From Ranitomeya imitator (taxonomy: Eukaryota): a stretch of DNA of 64,000 nucleotides. The stretch lies in contig NC_091285.1 of assembly GCF_032444005.1 (NCBI RefSeq), positions 668,484,001-668,548,000 of the forward strand. Reading direction: 5' to 3'. The position numbers and the translations under genes are program-made. The notes beneath the pieces were generated by a model, which saw nothing but the letters and a program-made list of their open reading frames with translations, was not told where the DNA came from and did no database searches. Shown here in pieces: positions 54,791 through 64,000 of this stretch (its first letter is position 1; each line of letters starts with the position of its first letter).

Positions 54791-57700
54791 CCTGTAACCT
54801 CTTATTACAGTAACCCGGCTCCTGATCCTCTTATTACAGTAACCCGGCTCCTGATCCTCTTATTACAGTAACCCGGCTCCTGATCCTCTTATTACAGTAA
54901 CCCGGCTCCTGATCCTCTTATTACACTGTAAGCTCTTATTACAGTAACCCGGCTCCTGATCCTCTTATTACCCTGTAAGCTCTTATTACAGTAACCCGGC
55001 TCCTGATCCTCTTATTACCCTGTAAGCTCTTATTACAGTAACCCGGCTCCTGATCCTCTTATTACCCTGTAACCTCTTATTACAGTAACCCGGCTCCTGA
55101 TCCTCTTATTACCCTGTAACCTCTTATTACAGTAACCCGGCTCCTCATCCTCTTATTACCCTGTAACCTCTTATTACAGTAACCCGGCTCCTGATCCTCT
55201 TATTACCCTGTAACCTCTTATTACAGTAACCCGGCTCCTCATCCTCTTATTACCCTGTAACCTCTTATTACAGTAACCCGGCTCCTGATCCTCTTATTAC
55301 CCTGTAACCTCTTATTACAGTAACCCGGCTCCTGATCCTCTTATTACCCTGTAACCTCTTATTACAGTAACCCGGCTCCTGATCCTCTTATTACCCTGTA
55401 ACCTCTTATTACAGTAACCCGGCTCCTGATCCTCTTATTACCCCTGTAACCTCTTATTATAGTAACCCGGCTCCTGATCCTCTTATTACCCCTGTAACCT
55501 CTTATTATAGTAACCCGGCTCCTGATCCTCTTATTACCCTGTAACCTCTTATTACAGTAACCCGGCTCCTGATCCTCTTATTACCCCTGTAACCTCTTAT
55601 TACAGTAACCCGGCTCCTGATCCTCTTATTACCCTGTAACCTCTTATTACAGTAACCCGGCTCCTGATCCTCTTATTACCTTGTAACCTCTTATTACAGT
55701 AACCCGGCTCCTGATCCTCTTATTACCCTGTAACCTCTTTTTACAGTAACCCGGCTCCTCATCCTCTTATTACCCTGTAACCTCTTATTACAGTAACCCG
55801 GCTCCTGATTCTCTTATTACCCTGTAACCTCTTATTACAGTAACCCGGCTCCTGATCCTCTTATTACCCTGTAACCTCTTATTACAGTAACCCGGCTCCT
55901 GATCCTCTTATTACCCTGTAACCTCTTATTACAGTAACCCGGCTCCTGATCCTCTTATTACCCCTGTAACCTCTTATTATAGTAACCCGGCTCCTGATCC
56001 TCTTATTACCCCTGTAACCTCTTATTATAGTAACCCGGCTCCTGATCCTCTTATTACCCTGTAACCTCTTATTACAGTAACCCGGCTCCTGATCCTCTTA
56101 TTATCCCTGTAACCTCTTATTACAGTAACCCGGCTCCTGATCCTCTTATTACCCTGTAACCTCTTATTACAGTAACCCGGCTCCTGATCCTCTTATTACC
56201 CCTGTAACCTCTTATTATAGTAACCCGGCTCCTGATCCTCTTATTACCCCTGTAACCTCTTATTACAGTAACCCGGCTCCTGATCCTCTTATTACCCTGT
56301 AACCTCTTATTACAGTAACCCGGCTCCTGATCCTCTTATTACCCTGTAACCTCTTATTACAGTAACCCGGCTCCTGATCCTCTTATTACCCTGTAACCTC
56401 TTATTACAGTAACCCGGCTCCTTATCCTCTTATTACCCCTGTACCCTCTTATTACAGTAACCCGGCTCCTGATCCTCTTATTACCCTGTAACCTCTTATT
56501 ACAGTAACCCGACTCCTGATCCTCTTATTACCCTGTAACCTCTTATTACAGTAACCGGCTCCTGATCCTCTTATTACCCCTGTACCCTCTTATTACAGTA
56601 ACCCGGCTCCTGATCCTCTTATTACCCTGTAACCTCTTATTACAGTAACCGGGCTCCTGATCCTCTTATTACCCCTGTAACCTCTTATTACAGTAACCCG
56701 GCTCCTGATCCTCTTATTACCCTGTAACCTCTTATTACAGTAACCCGGCTCCTGATCCTCTTATTACCCCTGTACCCTCTTATTACAGTAACCTGGCTCC
56801 TGATCCTCTTATTACCCTGTAACCTCTTATTACAGTAACCGGGCTCCTGATCCTCTTATTACCCCTGTAACCTCTTATTACAGTAACCCGGCTCCTGATC
56901 CTCTTATTACCCTGTAACCTCTTATTACAGTAACCCGGCTCCTGATCCTCTTATTACCCCTGTACCCTCTTATTACAGTAACCCGGCTCCTGATCCCCTT
57001 ATTACCCTGTACCCTCTTATTACAGTAACCCGGCTCTTGATCCTCTTATTACCCCTGTAACCTCTTATTACAGTAACCCGGCTTCTGATCCTCTTATTAC
57101 CCCTGTAACCTCTTATTACAGTAACCCGGCTCCTGATCCTCTTATTACCCCTGTAACCTCTTATTACAGTAACCCGGCTTCTGATCCTCTTATTACCCCT
57201 GTAACATCTTATTACAGTAACCCGGCTCCTGATCCTCTTATTACCTCAGTAACCTCTTATTACAGTAACCCGGCTCCTGATCCTCTTATTACCCTGTAAC
57301 CTCTTATTACAGTAACCCGGCTCCTGATCCTCTTATTACCCTGTAACCTCTTATTACAGTAACCCGGCTCCTGATCCTCTTATTACCCTGTAACCTCTTA
57401 TTACAGTAACCCGGCTCCTGATCCTCTTATTACCCTGTAACCTCTTATTACAGTAACCCGGCTCCTGATCCTCTTATTACCCTGTAACCTCTTATTACAG
57501 TAACCCGGCTCCTCATCCTCTTATTACCCTGTAACCTCTTATTACAGTAACCCGGCTCCTGATCCTCTTATTACCCTGTAACCTCTTATTACAGTAACCC
57601 GGCTCCTGATCCTCTTATTACCCTGTAACCTCTTATTACAGTAACCCGGCTCCTGATCCTCTTATTACCCTGTAACCTCTTATTACTATAACCCGGCTCC

Positions 57701-59144
57701 TGAGCCTCTTATTACTTTAGTGATCTATTAAATAATCCAGAGACCGAAAATTTTAATGTAAATCAGTATTTTTTCATTTTGTTAGTTTTGGTTCTGTGGA
57801 TTGATGAAATCTCATTTGAGTTCATTGTAATCTCTGAGCTTTTGATAACAACAAAAATCTGGCATTGTTTTTGTGGTCTGGGAAAAGGCAAGAGAGGGGT
57901 CAGAGGAAGTGACATTCCGCCCCACCACACCACCCTCTCCTGAGTCTGCAATATTCAGAGTAGGGGGAGCAGGATGTAGGAGGACGGCTTCCAGCTAGTG
58001 GGATAGAGGGAGGAAGGGAAGAGAAAAAGTGAGACAAGTAAAAAACGGGGATCAAAGGTAACAGGGACATCATCTAAATTTCCTTCCATACACTGGCTCA
58101 CACAGCTGCGTCTCTGTGGGGTGTAAGAGTGGGGGACACGTTGCCGTCTGTTCCCACCCTTGTCATGGATTTTTATTAACTTCCTTGCAAACTTTTCTAA
58201 TTCTGGAGGGTGATTTTGGGAATTGAAGTTATGAGGTGAGGAAAGAGTATGTATTATATGCAGGGTTATATACCATATGCATTATTGTGTTTTGTAAGGT
58301 ACAGAGACTTCTGTGTCTGTTAATGCCTGTATTTATACCCTGCATGGATATGCAACATTCGATGCTCGTTATAGGCATCCTGTAACCCTAGATGTTCCCA
58401 TAGGCACCCAGTAACCTAACATGTTCCCATAGGCACCCAGTAACCTAACATGTTCCCATAGGCACCCAGTAACCTTACATGTTCCCATAGGCACCCAGTA
58501 ACCTTAGATGTTTCCATAGGCACCCAGTAACCTTAGATGTTCCCATTGGCACCCAGTAACCTTACATGTTCCCATAGGCACCCAGTAACCTTAGATGTTC
58601 CCATAGGCACCCAGTAACCTTACATATTCCCATAGGCACCCAGTAACCTTAGATGTTTCCATAGGCACCCAGTAACCTTAGATGTTCCCATAGGCACCCT
58701 ATAACTTTACATATTCCCATAGGCACCCAGTAACCTTAGATGTTTCCATAGGCACCCAGTAACCTTAGATGTTCCCATTGGCACCCAGTAACCTTACATA
58801 TTCCCATAGGCACCCAGTAACCTTAGATGTTCCCATAGGCACCCAGTAACCTTAGATGTTCCCCTAGTCACCCAGTAACCTTAGATGTTCCCATAGGAAC
58901 CCAGTAACCTTAGATGTTCCCGTAGGTGCCCAGTAACCTTAGATGTTCCCATAGGCACCCAGTAACCTTAGATGTTCCCATAGGCACCCAGTAACCTTAG
59001 ATGTTCCCCTAGGCACCCAGTAACCTTAGATGTTCCCATAGGCACCCAGTAACCTTAGATGTTCCCGTAGATACCCTTATCCAAAAAGTGACATTTCTCC
59101 TTGCGGACATCGACATGCTGTAACCTTAGATATTTCCATAGGTA

Positions 59145-60437
59145 TTATTATTATTATTTATATAGCACCATTAATTCCATGGTGCTGTACATGAGACGGG
59201 GTTACATCAAAATACAAATATCACAGTAAACAAAACGAACAATGACAGACTGATACAGAGGGGTGAGGACGCTGCCCTTGCGGGCTTACATTCTACAGGA
59301 TTATGGGGAAGGAGACAATAGGTCGGAGGTTGCAGAAGCTCCAATGGTGTTGAGTTGGCCGTGTGGTCATTACAGGTTGTAAGCTTCCTTGAAGAGATGG
59401 GTTTTCAGGTTCCGTTTGAAGGATCCAAATGTGGTGGATGACCGGACGTGTTGGGGCACAGAATTCCAGAGGATGGGGGATATTCGGGAGAAGTCTTGGA
59501 GGCAATTGGAGAGGAGCGAATAAGCGTGGAGGAGAGAAGGAGGTTTTGGGAGGACCGGAGATTACGTGAGGGAAGATATTGAGAGATTAGTTTGGAAATA
59601 TATGGAGGAGACAGGTTATGGATGGCTTTGTAGGTCAGTGTTAGTAGTTTAAACTGGATACGCTGGGAAATTGGGAGCCAGTGAAGGGATTTGCAAAGAG
59701 GGGAAGCGGAGGAGTAACGACGATAGAGATGAATTAGTCAGGCAGCAGAGTTAAGGATGGACTGGAGAGGTGCGAGAGTGTTAGAGTGTAGGCCACAAAG
59801 GAGGATGTTTCAGTAGTCAAGGCGGGAGATGATTAGGGCATGCACGATCATTTTGGTAGAGTGAGGGTTGAGGAAAGAATGGATTCTGGAAATATTTTTG
59901 AGACGGAGGCGACAGGAGGTGGCGAGAGCTTGGATGTGCGGTTTGAAGGACAGGGCAGAGTCAAGGGTTACTCTGAGGCAGCAGATTACCGGGATGGCGG
60001 AAAGTGTGAATTCATTTATTTTGATAAATAGATCAGGTAGGGAAGATCTGTGAGATGGAGGAAAGATGATGAGTTCAGATTTGTCCACATTGAGTTTGAG
60101 GAAGCGAGAGGAGAAGAAGGAGGATATGGCTGATAGTCACTGCGGGAGAGCAGAGAGGTGACATCTGGGCCGGTAGATCTGAGTGTCATCAGCATATAGA
60201 TGGTACTGGAAGCTATAGGACCTTATGAGTTGTCCCAGGTCAAGGATATAGATTGAGAAGAGAAGAGGTCCTAGGACAGAGCCTTGAGGGACTCCAACAG
60301 AGAGTGGGCGAGATGAAGAGGTAGTATGGGAGTAGGAAACACTAAATGTGCGGTTGGTGAGGTATGAGGAGATCCTGGATAGGGCGAGGACATTGACACC
60401 AAAGGAAGAGAGGATCTGAAGTAGGAGGCAGTAGTAC
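59145..60437 (-). mobile_element. 5'-truncated L2-clade LINE
   Basis: RT motifs [28 protein letters not shown] (~60170-60310), KSELIIFPP..HALIISRLDY, tail GGTGCTATATAAATAATAATAAT; possible TSD TAGGTA (59139-59144 / 60438-60443). Confidence 0.9.
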
Positions 60438-61703
60438 TAGGTACCCTGTAGCCTTACATGTTCCCATATGCATCCTGTAACCTTAGATGTTCCCATAGGC
60501 ACCCTGTAACCTTAGATGTTCCCATAGGCACCTTGTAATCTTAGATGTTCCCTTAGGCACCCTGTAACCTTAGATGTTCCCATAGGCACCCTGTAACTTC
60601 AGATGTTCCCATAGACACCCTGTATCCTTAGATGTTCCCATATGCACCCTGTAACTTTAGATGTTCCCATAGGCACCCTGTAACATTAGATGTTCCCATA
60701 GGCACCGTGTATCCTTAGATGTTCCCATAAGCACCCTGTATCCTTAGATGTTCTCATATGCACCCTTTAACTTTAGATGTTCCCATAGGCACTTTGTAAC
60801 CTTACATGTTCCCATAGCCACCCAATAAGCTTAGAGGCTCTGTATAGGCACCCTGTGACGTTAAATGTTCCTATAGGCATCCTGTATTCTTAGATGTTCC
60901 CATAGGCACCCTGTAACCTTAGTTATTTCCATAGGCACCCTGTAACCTTAGATGTTCCCATATACACCCTGTAACCTTAGGTGCTCCTGAAGACATCCTG
61001 TATTTTTAGGTGCTTGCATAGGCATCCTATAAGCCTAGGTGCTCCAATAGGCAATCCTTAAACTTAAATGCTTGCTATAGGCAGCAAACAGCCTTAAATA
61101 CTTTCCATAGGCACCCTGTATCCTTCCTTAGATGTTCCTTTAGGCACCCTACAACCTTAATTACTCCCATAGGCATCCTTAACTTTAGATGTTCCCATAG
61201 GCACCCTGTAACCTTCAGTGCTTCCATAGGCCCCCTGCAATAGATGCTGCAATAGGCACTCTGTAACCTTAGAGGTTCCCTATAGGCACGCTGTTACCTT
61301 AAGGCTCCCCATAAGTATCCTGTAATCTTAGATGTTCCCATAGACATCCTGTAACCTTAGGGGTTCCTATAGGAGCCCTGTAACCTTAAGTGCTTCCATA
61401 TGTACCTTGTAACCTTAGATATTTCCCATAGGTATTCTACATCCTTAAATGCTCTCATAGACACCCTACAACCTTAGGCACTCCCTTAGACACTCTGTAA
61501 CCTTAGGTGCTCTCCTAGGCATCCAATAATTTTAGGTGCGCCTATAGGCACCCTAAAACCTGAAATAGTCCCCATAGGCATCTTTTAACTGTTCCCATAG
61601 GCACTCTGTAACTTTAAATGCTTCCATGGGCATCTTGTAACCTTAGCTGCTCCCATAGGCACCCTGTAACCTCATGCGCTCCCAAAGGCACACTGTAGTA
61701 TTA

Positions 61704-62467
61704 GGCTATATTCACACGTTGCGGTTTTTACCGCGGAACCGCAGCGGGTCCGCTGCAGTTTCCATAGCGTTTCCATTTACATGTAAACCCTATGGAAACC
61801 GCAAACCGCTGTGCACATGCTGCGGGAAAAACCGCGCGGGAACGCAGCGGTTTAAAACCCGCAGCATGTCACTTCTTTGTGCAGAATCGCTGCGATTCTG
61901 CACCCATAGGAATACATTGAACCGCTTACTTCCCGCATGGGGCTGTGCCCACGTTGCGGGAAGTAAGCGGATAATGTGCGGATGGTACCCGGGGTGGGGG
62001 AGAGGAGACTCTCCTCCAGGCCCCGGGAACCATATTTGGGGTTAAAAAAAAGAATAAAAACAAAAAATCATGTTATACTCACCCTCTGAAGTCAGCGCTG
62101 CACGCGGCCGTCCGGTCAGAGTTGCTGTGCGATCAGGACCTTCGGTGACGTCGCGGTCACATGACCGTGACGTCACGAAGGGTCCTTCTCGCACAGCATC
62201 TCTGGAACCGGACCGCCGGGTGCAGCGCCGAGGGATCGGGACGTCAGAGGGTGAGTATAACCAATTTTTATTATTTTTAACATTACTATTGATGCTGCAT
62301 ATTGCTGCATATGCAGCATCAATAGTATAGGCGGAAACCCGCAGCGGAAACCGCGGAACAAACCGCGATAAATCTGCAGGGAGAACCGCAGTTGTTTTGC
62401 CCTGCAGATTTATCAAATCCGCTGCGGGAGAACCCGCAGGGACAGGACGCTATGTGTGAACATAGCC
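61704..62467. mobile_element. PIF/Harbinger-type MITE (764 bp)
   Basis: TIR GGCTATATTCACAC / GTGTGAACATAGCC with TTA TSD on both sides. Confidence 0.88.
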
Positions 62468-63754
62468 TTAGATGTTCACATAGGCACCTTGAAAACTTAG
62501 ATAATCTCATAGATATTCTTTTGCCTTAGGTTCTCCCATAGGCACCCTGTAACCTTATATGCTCCCATAGGCACCCTGTAACAGGTGCTCCCATGGGCAC
62601 CCTGTAACCTTAGGTGCTCCCATAGGCAATCTATACCTTAGGTGCTCCCAAAGGCACTCTGTAGTTTTAGATGTTCACATAGGCACCTTGAAAACTAGAT
62701 AATCTCATAGACATTATTTTGCCTTAGGTGCTCTCATAGGTACCCTGTAACCTTTTATGCTCTCATAGGCACACTGTAACATTAGGGGCTCCCATAGGCA
62801 CCCTGTAACCTTATTTGCTCCCAGAGGCACTCTGTAACCTTACATGCTCCCATAGGCACCCAAAAACCTTAGGTGCTGCCATAGGCACCCAGTAACCTTA
62901 GGTGCTCCCATAGGCACCTTTTAACTTTAGATGTTCCCATAAGTTCCCAGTAATCTTAGGTGCTCCCATAGGCACCCAGTAACCTTAGGTGCTCCCATAG
63001 GCACCCTGTAACCTTATCCTTAGGTGCTTCCATAGGCACCCTGTAATCTTAGGTACTCCCAAAGGCACCCTTTACTTTTAGGTGCTCGCATAGGCTCCCT
63101 GTAAGATGTTAGATGTTCTCATAGATATCTTATAACTTAGATGCTTCCATATGGATTCTGTAACCTCAGATACTCTTGATAGGCACCTTGTAACCTTAAA
63201 TGCTCCCCATGGACACCTTTTTACCTTAGATGCACCCCAGAGATGCTCCCATGGACAACCCTGCTTTTGTACAAATGTGGCTGTTGCTACAGAAAAGATC
63301 AGATTTTTATGATGTGTTATCTTCCTCTGAGCCCTCACCATTTACTAGAGCGATGGATAAGTTTGGGCCATCTTGAAGCTCCTACCCAACCACCATCAAA
63401 CAAAAAAACGTTAGGGGCCCACATCTTTGTTGTAGGCATAAAACGGGATGCCAAAAAAAATGTATGTCTATTGTTGCAAAAAAAATCCAGTGTTACTGTG
63501 ACAAAATTAATTTTGTTTGTACAAAAATTTAACAATCACAAATCTAAATTTTCGCCAAATCGTAGAACGCTGTGGGTGTGATCCTTCCAGGTGTATGTGT
63601 CGCTAGATGTTTCCTATACGTACTACAGAGTCAAGTATTCCTATAATGAAGGCTTCACTACGTCTTCAAACAAGGCAGGAAACACTTCCATCTGGGAAGT
63701 TCGAGAAGCTTCAAGCCCCGTCCATATAAATGTCATTGCGTATTTGTGTATTTA

Positions 63755-64000
63755 GAGTGCCTTGAAAAAGTATTCACACCCAGTGAAATTTTCCACGTTT
63801 TTTAATATTACACCCACAAACCTAAATGGATTTTATTTGGATTTTATGTGATATACCAACACAAAGTAGCCAGTATTTGTGACGTGTAAAGGAAATTATA
63901 CACGGTTTTCTAAATTCAATTACTGCTGCAGTCTTTTGGGGTATGTCTCTATCAGCTTTGCACATCTAGAGGTGACATTTGTGCCCCTTCTTCTTTGCAC
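63755..64000. mobile_element. Decayed Tc1-like element end, runs off the window
   Basis: AGTGCCTTGAAAAAGTATTCACACC TIR-like start followed by sequence typical of Tc1 3' ends. Confidence 0.55.

Larger units (their letters stand above)
46648..57716. repeat. 47/48-bp satellite (same family as 11996-14238, opposite orientation), split into 46648-48401, 53172-54026 and 54791-57716 by two insertions
   Basis: Unit CCTCTTATTACCCTGTAACCTCTTATTACAGTAACCCGGCTCCTGAT. Confidence 0.98.
58380..63250. repeat. 29-bp satellite (CCCATAGGCACCCAGTAACCTTAGATGTT), progressively more diverged rightwards, interrupted by an L2 and a Harbinger MITE
   Basis: Period 29 (58571 to 58600). Confidence 0.95.

Noticed and set aside
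58000-64000. A third host gene downstream of ODAD3
   Set aside because: Only satellite and TE sequence found; no recognisable exon

Overview
Vertebrate (anuran amphibian, inferred from repeat content and gene structure) genomic DNA with two assembly gaps (40861-41056, 49869-50182). Two complete head-to-head protein-coding genes were reconstructed by hand from GT-AG boundaries and continuous reading phase. PRKCSH (glucosidase II beta, minus strand) has 16 coding exons at 18944-9858, 517 aa, ending in HDEL. ODAD3/CCDC151 (plus strand) has 13 coding exons plus a candidate 36-nt microexon at 22810-41471, 549/561 aa. They appear to share a bidirectional promoter at ~19020-19360 (CRE, ETS, YY1 and RFX X-box-like motifs). 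Roughly 40% of the window (hand estimate) is tandem repeat from more than 10 distinct minisatellite families. The rest is transposon debris: Gypsy and class I ERV integrase fragments, a V-SINE, an L2 LINE, hAT/Harbinger/T2-type MITEs, a piggyBac-like non-autonomous element, and two near-full-length Tc1 elements of the unusual DD38E and DD35E classes joined tail-to-tail by (TA)35. The most notable non-obvious signals are: an intact-looking minimal type I hammerhead ribozyme in a Penelope-like insert flanked by a ~200-bp duplication; a 1.8-kb intronic array of alternating inverted motifs; a minisatellite that multiplies a real 5' splice site; and a 4-kb minisatellite probably inside the ODAD3 3'UTR. 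I found no convincing new protein-coding system; the long ORFs in the track outside these genes and TEs are by-products of repeats.
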